From the NCBI GenBank assembly GCA_041665925.1, contig JBAYHW010000003.1, positions 7,737 to 71,736 of the forward strand: a stretch of 64,000 nt of DNA, written 5' to 3'. A program made the translations under genes and the position numbers. Below, in pieces: positions 8,208 to 17,020 of the stretch (the first letter of the stretch is position 1; every line of letters begins with the position of its first letter). Under the pieces are notes generated by a model. The model did no database searches, was not told where the DNA came from, and saw only the letters and a list, made by a program, of their open reading frames with translations. The stretch comes from Minisyncoccota bacterium. GTDB taxonomy: Bacteria; Patescibacteriota; Minisyncoccia; Phycocordibacterales; UBA9973.

Positions 8208-9098
8208 TTACCAAGAGCCACTGGATCCCCCGCCACCTGACATTCCCCCACCGAATCCTCCAAAGCCACCTCCGCCACCATGACCACCACGCCCACCGTG
8301 CCCGCCACCAAACCACCATGGATAACGTCCTAAAGTTTTCCTTTGAGCGTAAGCTTTAGAAACCATAAAATCAAAGAAGAGGCCGAGACCGATAAACATA
8401 AATACGACTGGGATAGCTGCAAGAATTGAAGAAATAAAGAAATGCCAAATGATAAGAGCCACTCCTCCACCCAAAACTCCTCCGCCCCACCAAGACTTCG
8501 AACGTCCTAAAACGGCAGTAAGAATTTGGAATAAAATAAAAAGGAAGAAGATGATGAACTCCCACGGAAAGTTCGAAGAATTTTCTGAAGTAGAATAGTC
8601 TTCGGGGATTATATTGGTCCCGCTAAGCAAAGCGATCATTTTATCTACTGCGCCATCTATCCCTGCATTATAATCTCCTGCCCTGAAAGCTGGAGTAATA
8701 ACCTCCGACTGGATATATGAAGTTCCTAAGTCTGTAAGATCTCCTTCTAATCCATAGCCAGTGTGAATTCTGGTTTTTTTGTCCGATAAAGAAATGAGAA
8801 GTAGGACTCCATTGTTTTTATCTTTTTTACCTATACCCCATTTAGTAAATATTTCTTGAGCTAAATTTTCTATGACATCACCATCTAAGGATTTAATGGT
8901 TACCACCGCTATTTCATTGGTAGTATTTTTTTCAAATGCTTGAAGTTTTGTCTCTAGTGCTGTCTTTTGCTCCGCGGAAAGCATTCCCGCATAATCTTGC
9001 ACAAAACCCGTAGGTTTCTCTGGAACAGAGAAAGCCATTACTGAAAAAGGTAAGACAAGTAAAAAAAGTAATAAAAATCTAAGTATTAAGCGAGACAT
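8208..9098 (-). CDS. TPM-domain (YgcG-like) membrane protein with a Gly-rich tail
   Basis: Signal peptide, then a TPM phosphatase-like domain, TM segments and a C-terminal GGGHGGRGGHGGGGG tract. Confidence 0.8.
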   Translation of the reverse strand: MSRLILRFLLLFLLVLPFSVMAFSVPEKPTGFVQDYAGMLSAEQKTALETKLQAFEKNTTNEIAVVTIKSLDGDVIENLAQEIFTKWGIGKKDKNNGVLLLISLSDKKTRIHTGYGLEGDLTDLGTSYIQSEVITPAFRAGDYNAGIDGAVDKMIALLSGTNIIPEDYSTSENSSNFPWEFIIFFLFILFQILTAVLGRSKSWWGGGVLGGGVALIIWHFFISSILAAIPVVFMFIGLGLFFDFMVSKAYAQRKTLGRYPWWFGGGHGGRGGHGGGGGFGGFGGGMSGGGGSSGSW

Positions 9099-9128
9099 AA
9101 ATTTAAGCTAAAGAAAATATTTCTCAAG

Positions 9129-9713
9129 CTAATCTACAAAATCAACTTTAGGTGCTGCTTGATTCTCGGCAGGAACATTGAAGTATGCCCTCTCGGTGAC
9201 TCCGAAAACTTTCGCTACTATAGACGTAGGAAAGGTTTTAATATTGGTATCAAAAACACGAACTAGCTCGTTATATTTCTGACGTTCTACGCTAATACGA
9301 TTTTCTGTACCTTCAAGAGATATGATTAAATCTCGGTAAGCTTGAGAAGACTGAAGAGTCGGATAATTTTCTGCAATTATGAGCAGACGACCGAGAGCAG
9401 ACTCTACTTGAGTTGCGGCTTGCGCTTTTTCGTTTGTAGTACCAGCTCCGGAATAACGCGTGCGGGCTTCAGCAATTGCTATAAAAACATCTTGCTCTTG
9501 CTTAGCTACACCTTTGACGGTATTGACGATGTTGGGGATAAGGTCAAAGCGCCTTTGGTACTGGTTTTCTACTTGGGCCCATTGTGCGGTAATCTGCTCC
9601 CCGCCTTTTACAAAACTATTGTATTTAGAAACTCCCCAAAGTGACAAAACAACAACAACTCCCAAAATTACAACCCATTTCATATTTTTCCCTAAGAAAT
9701 TTTTTTCTTCCAT
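9129..9713 (-). CDS. lemA: LemA family protein
   Basis: QWAQVENQYQRRFDLIPN...ENYPTLQSS...LEGTENRI motifs. It is adjacent to the TPM gene, the usual pairing. Confidence 0.85.
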   Translation of the reverse strand: MEEKNFLGKNMKWVVILGVVVVLSLWGVSKYNSFVKGGEQITAQWAQVENQYQRRFDLIPNIVNTVKGVAKQEQDVFIAIAEARTRYSGAGTTNEKAQAATQVESALGRLLIIAENYPTLQSSQAYRDLIISLEGTENRISVERQKYNELVRVFDTNIKTFPTSIVAKVFGVTERAYFNVPAENQAAPKVDFVD

Positions 9714-9784
9714 ATTTTTAATTAAATTTATTGAATAATATTGAGATTATAACACATTTTTATTTTCAATCTATAGCTAGAAGC

Positions 9785-9838
9785 TTGCTCGGGTGCCTGT
9801 GGCCCCGCCTACGCCAAGGCTTCGGACGGGCAAGCATT
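9785..9838 (-). terminator. long GC-rich hairpin downstream of the DUF167 gene
   Basis: gcttgctcggg...cccgcctacgccaaggcttcggacgggcaagc. Confidence 0.4.
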
Positions 9839-9840
9839 TA

Positions 9841-10062
9841 CTACTCAATAATTATTAACTTACTAGGGTGTTTATGACCGTTTACAATTCGGATTTTGGA
9901 AATTGGCACACGAAAATACTCGGCTATTATCTCTAGCACGCGAACATTTGCCATATTGCGCTCGGCTTTTTCTTTTACAGAAATTTCAAAATGATCGGGA
10001 GTCTTCTTTTTAAAATTTTCTTTCTTGGCACTGGCTGTGACTTTAACATGGATGTATTGCAC
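9841..10062 (-). CDS. DUF167/YggU family protein
   Basis: 73 aa with the family-typical IsVkEkAeRnmANvrVlEiIAeyFrVPiSkIrIVnGhkhpsKlI pattern. Confidence 0.65.
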   Translation of the reverse strand: MQYIHVKVTASAKKENFKKKTPDHFEISVKEKAERNMANVRVLEIIAEYFRVPISKIRIVNGHKHPSKLIIIE

Positions 10063-10150
10063 AAAATAATTCTACCATTTTCTTGATAAACTGAGTAGAA
10101 ATAAATAATGCGCAAAAGATCGCAAATAACTTAAATGTTATTTATTGTTT

Positions 10151-10357
10151 TTAATTCGCTGGTGCTTCGTTGTTTCCTGCAGGTAACTTAAGATTTACAT
10201 CTATGCTCCCGTTTTGAGGAGTATCATTGCGCATTGCTGGCAAACCAAACCTGAAAAACAAAAAGATAACTAGGATTGCTAGTATCACCCCTACAATTAT
10301 ACCCACCCCTGAACTATCTCCACTAGTACCACCTGGATTATTTATTACAGTTGACAT
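10151..10357 (-). CDS. small membrane protein
   Basis: 68 aa, single TM. Confidence 0.4.
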   Translation of the reverse strand: MSTVINNPGGTSGDSSGVGIIVGVILAILVIFLFFRFGLPAMRNDTPQNGSIDVNLKLPAGNNEAPAN

Positions 10358-10443
10358 AAATTTTTATAATTAGTTGTTAATATAGACCTAACTATTATGC
10401 CGTATGTGAAGAGATTTGATTTCAATTATTTTTATATCTCAAC

Positions 10444-11094
10444 TTACGGATAATTCCTGCCATCCCCGGTAATAGGGATAACGTCTCCTAAATATTTCGG
10501 CTTACTGTGAAATATTAAATTCAGCACAGCTTTCTCGTTGGCAAATACTTCTCGAACATAATTTTTAAAACGAATGTGTCCTTCGTCAGCTGACAGGCCA
10601 GAAGCCTCCAGTCCGAGCGCCCGAGCAATGAATACAGAACGTGGTAAATGAAAAGACTGAGTAGATATAATCACAGACTCAACTTGAAAAATATCTCGGG
10701 CACGGTACATAGTGCTATAAGTATCAAAACCCGCATGGTCAAGAAATATGTCGGCGTCGGGAATGCCTTTTTCTAAAAGATAATTGCGAACAGGATCCAC
10801 TTCGTTGTGAGCCACGGTGCTGTTGTCTCCGGAGACTAATATTTTTTTAACTTTTTTTGCCCGATATAGTTCTATGGCGGTATTGACTCTATCTTTAAAA
10901 ATAGACGAGATGGCCCCATTCTCTAATATTGCAGCTCCGGGAATAAGCGCCACCTGTGCCTCTCCTACGTCATCTATGTTTTTATAAATATGTGACTTTG
11001 ACCCGAAGTAAATAACCAAATTAGAAACAACAATAAAGAGGAGAAGAATTTCTGCTCCGTAGATAAGAAAAGTTATAAAACGTTTGAAATTCAT
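10444..11094 (-). CDS. DUF218/SanA-like (YdcF/ElyC family) membrane-anchored protein
   Basis: ILVSGDN...HNEVDPVRNYL...FLDHAGFDTYSTMYRAR motifs. Confidence 0.75.
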   Translation of the reverse strand: MNFKRFITFLIYGAEILLLFIVVSNLVIYFGSKSHIYKNIDDVGEAQVALIPGAAILENGAISSIFKDRVNTAIELYRAKKVKKILVSGDNSTVAHNEVDPVRNYLLEKGIPDADIFLDHAGFDTYSTMYRARDIFQVESVIISTQSFHLPRSVFIARALGLEASGLSADEGHIRFKNYVREVFANEKAVLNLIFHSKPKYLGDVIPITGDGRNYP

Positions 11095-11097
11095 TGT

Positions 11098-11250
11098 TTA
11101 CTGTAATGGATTTCTACCTTGAATGATGCGCACCAAAAACAAAACAACAGCTATCACCAAAAGCAGGTGAATAAAACTTCCCAAAACATGAAAGCCGAGG
11201 AACCCCAGAGCCCAAAGAATCACTAATAGAATTGCAATATTTGTAAGCAT
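11098..11250 (-). CDS. lmo0937-family mini membrane protein (50 aa). It is below the ORF-track size cutoff.
   Basis: Translation MLTNIAILLVILWALGFLGFHVLGSFIHLLLVIAVVLFLVRIIQGRNPLQ matches the conserved family pattern. Confidence 0.55.
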   Translation of the reverse strand: MLTNIAILLVILWALGFLGFHVLGSFIHLLLVIAVVLFLVRIIQGRNPLQ

Positions 11251-11274
11251 ATAATTTATGGTTAAGATAATAAT

Positions 11275-11631
11275 CTAATTTTCTTGATTTTCTAATTTAA
11301 CAGCCGCTTCAGGGGTAGAAACTGTCTTCCCCATCAAAAACATTTTGATAATCCCAAAAGCGATCAGCCAGTACACAAGCATAGCTAATAGCGTCGTCCA
11401 TTCAAAAATAGACCCTTCGACCCGAGACATTTTAAAGACACTCAAAAAAGGAGCTGCGAAAATATAACTAAGCTTATAAATAAAACTACTGAACCCAGCA
11501 TAAGGATTTGCTGCTAATAATTTCAAAACAAAACGAAATGCCAATAATACTTCTAAAACACCTAAAACATACCAAACTATTTGTGTCCCGCGATAAAGTG
11601 GCTTCGTGGTCGGAGAATGAAATGAATCCAT
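11275..11631 (-). CDS. YggT-like small membrane protein
   Basis: Membrane helices with an LLAFRFVLKLL motif. Confidence 0.4.
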   Translation of the reverse strand: MDSFHSPTTKPLYRGTQIVWYVLGVLEVLLAFRFVLKLLAANPYAGFSSFIYKLSYIFAAPFLSVFKMSRVEGSIFEWTTLLAMLVYWLIAFGIIKMFLMGKTVSTPEAAVKLENQEN

Positions 11632-11714
11632 ATATTTTTCTATTAATTATTATTGTTAATTACGACTAATAAAGACCTACATATAATGCCGTAGAGATAT
11701 AGAATTTATTTCAA

Positions 11715-12653
11715 TTATTTATTAGCGGAACACTTGACCTGAAGCTCAGCGAGGTCAGCCGCGGTCGCCACTTGATTGTCGCCTTGATTGAGCTCGTACA
11801 TTATCGCTTTCGGATCCTTCACATGCTCCAGGGCGAGAGCGTGCCCTAATTCATGAGCTAAAACACGCACAAGCTTTTCCCTACTACTAAATTCATAAAT
11901 ATCTATTTCCCTCTTTATCTCCTCCTCGATATATACTCCTTCTTCGAAAGACTCTCCGCGAGAAATATTTATGTCATTGTATTTTTCTACCGTGAGATTT
12001 AAAATTTTAGCCAATCTGTTAATCGCCACGACTATAGAGTTCACCTCAGAAGCTAATTCATTTACCTGCCTCTGTTTCTCTTCTAGTGTCCTACCGAGTG
12101 TCTGGAGAGCCTGGTGCTCTTTTTCTAATTTATTAAATTCATCTTCGGGGGCTCCGCCTTTTTTATTCCAAAAATTCACTTCTCGTTCGTAAGCACTCGT
12201 GCGAGCGTTGAAGGCGCTAATCTCTGCCTCGAGAGAACTTTTTTCTTTTTCATATTGAATCTTTAATGGTTCAAATTTTGCCCGCAGACTGTCGTACGAT
12301 GCCTTGTTGTCTTTCACTACAATGCCTAAGTCGTCGAGCTTGCTCGTAGCCTGCTGACGATAATCATATATAAGATTTATGGTTAAAACATTTGGTAATG
12401 TATTGGTAGGCTGATATTCGAAAAGATTCTTGCCATAAGGAGTCTCCCAGACTTGCTCTGCTTCTGACAATGCTTCCAGAAAATATTTCTCTGAAATACC
12501 GAAATTAATATTAAACTTGCCAATGTTATACGGTATGGGCTCGGTGCATGGTGCTGGCTGTAAAAATGGAATGTAATCCCGAAATGCATACACCACTGCT
12601 CCGAGAAAAATGAAAGTGGTGAAAAATTTTAAGATACTTGATATTAGCTTCAT
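11715..12653 (-). CDS. membrane-anchored matrixin-like zinc metalloprotease (metzincin)
   Basis: HELGHALALEH zinc motif plus an AIMY Met-turn. N-terminal TM and a coiled-coil middle region. Confidence 0.75.
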   Translation of the reverse strand: MKLISSILKFFTTFIFLGAVVYAFRDYIPFLQPAPCTEPIPYNIGKFNINFGISEKYFLEALSEAEQVWETPYGKNLFEYQPTNTLPNVLTINLIYDYRQQATSKLDDLGIVVKDNKASYDSLRAKFEPLKIQYEKEKSSLEAEISAFNARTSAYEREVNFWNKKGGAPEDEFNKLEKEHQALQTLGRTLEEKQRQVNELASEVNSIVVAINRLAKILNLTVEKYNDINISRGESFEEGVYIEEEIKREIDIYEFSSREKLVRVLAHELGHALALEHVKDPKAIMYELNQGDNQVATAADLAELQVKCSANK

Positions 12654-12658
12654 TTTAT

Positions 12659-12688
12659 TTTACTTGCTAGGTCTTGCCTAGCAAGTTT
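12659..12688. repeat. REP-like palindromic element, copy A: ttacttgctaggtcttgcctagcaagtttc
   Basis: Identical 30-mer at 13829-13858 and a partial inverted copy at 13384-13395. Confidence 0.7.
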
Positions 12689-13352
12689 CTATATCATTAT
12701 AAGATAACCATTCGAAAATTTCTCTTTTAAAAACTTCGGGTGATGAAAAATATCTTGGATAGTCCTTATAATTTATAATACCATTTTGCTTTCGCACCTT
12801 GCCTATGTAATCCGGATAACTCGAAAAATAATATTTTTGCAAAAAATCTATGGCTTTTGTTTTATTTTTTATACCATTTTCCTTCCAGTCCCCTTGAATC
12901 AATTTGACCGGGTTCAAATGTATATAGGAAAAAATGTATTTCAAATATCTATCATCTCCTAAATGCTCTGATTTAAATTTCCCCTCAAAAAGTCCGCCTG
13001 TTCTTTTATATTTATTATTAAAATACATTACATATGCTGTACTTACTTTCTGCATAAATTTACTGATACCATTTTCCTCTTTTTCAGTTACTAGGATATG
13101 AAAATGGTTAGGCATCAGTACAAAAGACCCGATACTTATCAAGGGCTTGCCTCTTTCAAAAAGATACGGGTCCTTTTCTTTCGTATTTTCCACTAAGAAA
13201 TTCCGAAAATTATTAGTCCCATTACAGGTATACAAAAGAGTGATAAAACGGTAATAATCTTCTTTTTCGAGAAAAATTTTTTGTTTACTATTCCCGCGAT
13301 TATACAAATGATAGTATTCTCCTACAGCAAATGATGTAGTGCGTACTGACAT
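12678..13352 (-). CDS. IS200-like Y1 (HUH) transposase, RAYT-like (REP-associated tyrosine transposase)
   Basis: YHLYNRG N-terminal motif, HUH motif MPNHFHILV, and catalytic Tyr in YIHLNPVK. At 224 aa it is longer than a classic IS200 TnpA, as RAYTs are. Confidence 0.8.
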   Translation of the reverse strand: MSVRTTSFAVGEYYHLYNRGNSKQKIFLEKEDYYRFITLLYTCNGTNNFRNFLVENTKEKDPYLFERGKPLISIGSFVLMPNHFHILVTEKEENGISKFMQKVSTAYVMYFNNKYKRTGGLFEGKFKSEHLGDDRYLKYIFSYIHLNPVKLIQGDWKENGIKNKTKAIDFLQKYYFSSYPDYIGKVRKQNGIINYKDYPRYFSSPEVFKREIFEWLSYNDIETC

Positions 13353-13383
13353 GCTTTAATTATACTCTATCCCGAATTTGCGA

Positions 13384-13395
13384 GGCAAGACCTAG
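13384..13395. repeat. partial REP-like half-site (ggcaagacctag) in inverted orientation
   Basis: Matches the core of the 30-bp element. Confidence 0.4.
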
Positions 13396-13416
13396 AAAAT
13401 CAGAAATCTTATCAAC

Positions 13417-13821
13417 TTAGTCAATCAAATTTTTAACCTTTAAATCATCAAAAACAAACTGACTTACAAGAGAGGTCAGTTCCTTCTTCGAGTAGTGAAA
13501 CCAGTCAATTGCACCTATTTCATTACTTGGCTTAAGTGTTCCTTGGTATTTTGCCTGATAGCATTTTAATTTAACTATCGTCCCTTCAGGCTTGCCATGC
13601 GCTTGAGCCTCGAAGGTCCCATAATACAATATAGTAACTGGATCTAAATCGACATTCAATTCCTCTTTGATTTCTCGTACAAGGGCTTGTTCATCACTTT
13701 CACCTTCTTCGCGTTTTCCGCCAGCAAAATACCAAGTATCCTTATTATGACTACGAGTTACCAAAACTTTTCGGTCTTGTATTTCAATAAGGGCTGATTT
13801 GTAGATGTATGTTTTTCCCAT
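13417..13821 (-). CDS. NUDIX hydrolase
   Basis: Nudix box GGKREEGESDEQALVREIKEELNV. Confidence 0.8.
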   Translation of the reverse strand: MGKTYIYKSALIEIQDRKVLVTRSHNKDTWYFAGGKREEGESDEQALVREIKEELNVDLDPVTILYYGTFEAQAHGKPEGTIVKLKCYQAKYQGTLKPSNEIGAIDWFHYSKKELTSLVSQFVFDDLKVKNLID

Positions 13822-13828
13822 TTTTTTC

Positions 13829-13866
13829 TTACTTGCTAGGTCTTGCCTAGCAAGTTTCCTAGCAAG
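13829..13866. repeat. REP-like palindromic element, copy B, plus an extra half-site cctagcaag
   Basis: Identical to 12659-12688. Confidence 0.7.
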
Positions 13867-13868
13867 TT

Positions 13869-14864
13869 TTATTTCTCGCTTAGAGTGTACCTGTCTAGAA
13901 TAGCTTCGAAGATAAGTGGGGCAACTATGGTGGCGTCAGACTCTATCACGAACATGGGGGTGTCTTTGGTTAATTTGTCCCAAGTGATTTTTTCATTCGG
14001 AGTAGCTCCAGAGTATGAGCCATATGAAGTAGTACTGTCTGAAATCTGACAGAAATAACCCCAAGGTCGGACGGGCTTCTTTAAATCATATTTAATAGAT
14101 GGCACGACGCAAATAGGAAAATCTCCAGAAATTCCTCCCCCTATCTGGAAAAATCCTAGCCCGGGACCTCCTGCGGAAAGTTCAAGATATTTATCGTAAA
14201 GATCCATCATGTATTCCACCCCAGTCTTCATGACACTAGACTTGACCTCCCCAGCTTTACAATAACCTGCGAAAATATTCCCCAAAGTAGAATCCTCCCA
14301 CCCAGGCACGACTATCGGCAAATTTTTCTTAGCAGCTTCGAGGAGCCAGCAATGCTCTGGATTACCTTCGTATTTATCTTTCAATTCATCAGACAAGAGA
14401 ATTTGATAAAAATATTCGTGCGGAAAATATCTCTCACCCTTGGCCTCGGCTTCTTTCCAGCGTTTCAAAATAATCGGCTCTACGACACGAAAAGCTTCTT
14501 CTTCGGGAATGGATGTATCTGTAACCCTTCGCTCCCCTCTTTCTAAAATTTTCTGATCGTCTTCTTTCGTAAAATACCTATAATCAGGATAATCCTTATA
14601 GCTATCGTGTGCCACTAAGCGAAAAACTGATTCCTCTAGGTTAGCTCCCGTACAGGAGATGGCATGAATTTTATTTTCTTTAATCATAGCCGCTAGGGTA
14701 ATGCCCATCTGTGCGGACGACATGGCTCCCCCCATAGCAAGCATCATTTTCCCCCCACCGTCCAAGTGCGCCTTGAAAGCGAGAGTGGCATCTTTCATAG
14801 CCCTCGAGTTAAAATTATGGAATAATTTCTGAAACAAGCCCAATATTGAAATTTCTTTTGACAT
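13869..14864 (-). CDS. deoxyhypusine synthase-like family protein
   Basis: GGAMSSAQ and QIGGGISGDFPI Gly-rich NAD-binding-like motifs. The assignment is tentative. Confidence 0.45.
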   Translation of the reverse strand: MSKEISILGLFQKLFHNFNSRAMKDATLAFKAHLDGGGKMMLAMGGAMSSAQMGITLAAMIKENKIHAISCTGANLEESVFRLVAHDSYKDYPDYRYFTKEDDQKILERGERRVTDTSIPEEEAFRVVEPIILKRWKEAEAKGERYFPHEYFYQILLSDELKDKYEGNPEHCWLLEAAKKNLPIVVPGWEDSTLGNIFAGYCKAGEVKSSVMKTGVEYMMDLYDKYLELSAGGPGLGFFQIGGGISGDFPICVVPSIKYDLKKPVRPWGYFCQISDSTTSYGSYSGATPNEKITWDKLTKDTPMFVIESDATIVAPLIFEAILDRYTLSEK

Positions 14865-14918
14865 ATATATAGTATAGCAACATTTGCCTTATTTTTCAAA
14901 ATATGCAATAATAGTGCA

Positions 14919-15161
14919 ATGATTTTAGTAGCGAAAATTCTGCCTTACGCGCAGATTATCCTTTCGGGAGTATTAGTAACCGCTATCTTGCTTCAGCAAA
15001 CAGCAGCAGGGTTGGGTGGAGCTTTAGGTGGTAGCGATACTGGCTCTTTTCATCATACTCGCCGAGGATTTGAAAAGTTTCTTTTTTACTTATCACTTGT
15101 CTGTGGAATTCTTTTTGCTTTATTTGCATTATTGTCTATAATTATAAAAGCTGCTGCGTAG
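14919..15161 (+). CDS. secG: preprotein translocase subunit SecG
   Basis: 80 aa with two TM helices and LLQQTAAGLGGALGGSDTGSFHHTRRG, the typical SecG core. Confidence 0.75.
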   Translation: MILVAKILPYAQIILSGVLVTAILLQQTAAGLGGALGGSDTGSFHHTRRGFEKFLFYLSLVCGILFALFALLSIIIKAAA

Positions 15162-15190
15162 GGAAAGTGAGAACGCTTTAGATTTCTTAT

Positions 15191-16945
15191 ATGGAAAAAT
15201 TTTATAGTCGGATACGCAATTTTAAATTGCCTAAAAAAGACGAACTTAATTCAGTTTTTCATTCCTTTTCAAAAAATGAATGGATTGTTTTTATTCTGCT
15301 TGTAGTTATATTTTTCATCAGCACGATAACTATAGTAGAAAGTATAAATAAGTCCTTGATGGTGAAAGTTCCATTCCGTGGTGGATCTATCTCTGAAGGA
15401 ATAATTGGAGCACCTCGTTTTATCAATCCAGTTTTAGCCAATTCTCCTGCTGATTTGGACATGGCGGCACTCGTATACTCAGGACTAATGAGAAAAAATG
15501 GAGATGGGACTCTTTCCCCAGACTTGGCAGAAAAATACGAGATGTCCAAAGATGGGTTGACTTACACATTCACGCTGAAAACAGGAATCGTGTTTCATGA
15601 TGGATTACCAATTACAGCGGATGACGTCATCTTTACTATTAACAAAGCAAAGGATTCAATTTTAAAAAGTCCAAGAAAAATAGACTGGGACGGAGTCACG
15701 GTTAAAAAAATAGACGACAGAACAATAGAATTTAACTTAAAACAACATATTCCAGCATTTCTAGAAAATGCAACTTTAGGAATAATGCCAGCGGCAATTT
15801 GGAGCGATTCGGCAATAGAATTAAATCCGGCTAACACATTCCCAATAGGATCTGGACCCTACATGATAAAAGATGTTGCGAAAGAATCTTCTGGAGTCAT
15901 AAATTCTTACGCCATGGAGGCCTTCGATAAATTTATTTTAGGTGAACCATACATTAATACAATGAACGTGCATTTTTATACTAACGAAAATGAACTCGTC
16001 AACGCCCTTGAAAATAAAGAAGTGGATCAAATAAGTTCTATCACCCCGCTCAATGCCGATATATTGAAAGAAAGAAATTTCCAAATTGAATCTTCGGTGT
16101 TGCCTAGAGTGTTCGGATTATTTTTTAATCAAAATCACAACCAACTTTTTACCAATAAAGTAATAACCAAAGCCATAGATCAGGCGATAGATAAAGATAA
16201 AATAGTAAGAGAAATGCTCTTCGGTTATGGTATCGCTATAGATGACCCAATTCCACCTAATCTGACCGCCTATCAAACACTTAGCCCTAAAAACACTCTC
16301 TCCCGCGAAGAGATATTAAAAAATGTAGAAAATAGCTTAGCAAAAGATGGTTGGTCGAAAGGCACAGATGGATTTTTGCAAAAAACTACAACTGATAAAA
16401 AGAAGAAGAAAACAACAGTTCCTCTAGAATTTTCTATCTCTACTGGTAATGCTCCGGAGCTTGCTAAAACAGCCGAACTAATAAAACAAGACTTAACGGC
16501 TATAGGAATGAAGGTAGATGTCAAAACCTTTGAAGTCGGTAATTTGAACGAAGGCGTCATTCGTCCTCGAGATTATGATGCTCTGTTGTTCGGACAAATT
16601 ATAAATCACGAATCAGACCTGTTTGCGTTCTGGCATTCATCTCAACGCAAGGACCCTGGACTCAATGTGGCGATGTATACCAATGCCAAGGTAGATAAAA
16701 TTCTAAAAGAAGCTTTCTCTATGATTGATGAACAGGCTCGAATAAAACAATATGCGATATTTGAAAGTGAAATTAAAAAAGATATGCCAGCTGTATTTTT
16801 ATACAGTCCAAATTTCATATACGCTCTCTCTGGCAAACTCCAGGGATTGTCTATCGATCATATAACATCCCCTGCGGATCGTTTTTCAAATGTATATTCT
16901 TGGTATACTCAAACAGAAAATGTTTGGAAAATATTCTCTAAATAA
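15191..16945 (+). CDS. ABC transporter substrate-binding protein, family 5 (peptide/nickel type), membrane-anchored
   Basis: SBP_bac_5 signature region DGLTYTFTLKTGIVFHDGLPITADDVIFTI with an N-terminal TM anchor. Confidence 0.8.
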   Translation: MEKFYSRIRNFKLPKKDELNSVFHSFSKNEWIVFILLVVIFFISTITIVESINKSLMVKVPFRGGSISEGIIGAPRFINPVLANSPADLDMAALVYSGLMRKNGDGTLSPDLAEKYEMSKDGLTYTFTLKTGIVFHDGLPITADDVIFTINKAKDSILKSPRKIDWDGVTVKKIDDRTIEFNLKQHIPAFLENATLGIMPAAIWSDSAIELNPANTFPIGSGPYMIKDVAKESSGVINSYAMEAFDKFILGEPYINTMNVHFYTNENELVNALENKEVDQISSITPLNADILKERNFQIESSVLPRVFGLFFNQNHNQLFTNKVITKAIDQAIDKDKIVREMLFGYGIAIDDPIPPNLTAYQTLSPKNTLSREEILKNVENSLAKDGWSKGTDGFLQKTTTDKKKKKTTVPLEFSISTGNAPELAKTAELIKQDLTAIGMKVDVKTFEVGNLNEGVIRPRDYDALLFGQIINHESDLFAFWHSSQRKDPGLNVAMYTNAKVDKILKEAFSMIDEQARIKQYAIFESEIKKDMPAVFLYSPNFIYALSGKLQGLSIDHITSPADRFSNVYSWYTQTENVWKIFSK

Positions 16946-16975
16946 CCCCGACGTAAAGTCGGGGTCCCGACCTAA
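16926..16975 (+). terminator. tandem hairpins ccccgacgtaaagtcgggg and cccgacctaaaagcgtcggg
   Basis: The same cgacgtaaagtcggg core recurs at 21243-21290. Confidence 0.5.
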
Positions 16976-17020
16976 AAGCGTCGGGATTATTAATAAAAAA
17001 CATAAAGTAAAAAAATCATA

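Noticed and set aside
8080-8283. Pro-rich ORF on the plus strand (…PPPPDIPPPNPPKPPPPP)
   Set aside because: It is the antisense translation of the Gly-rich codons of the TPM protein tail.
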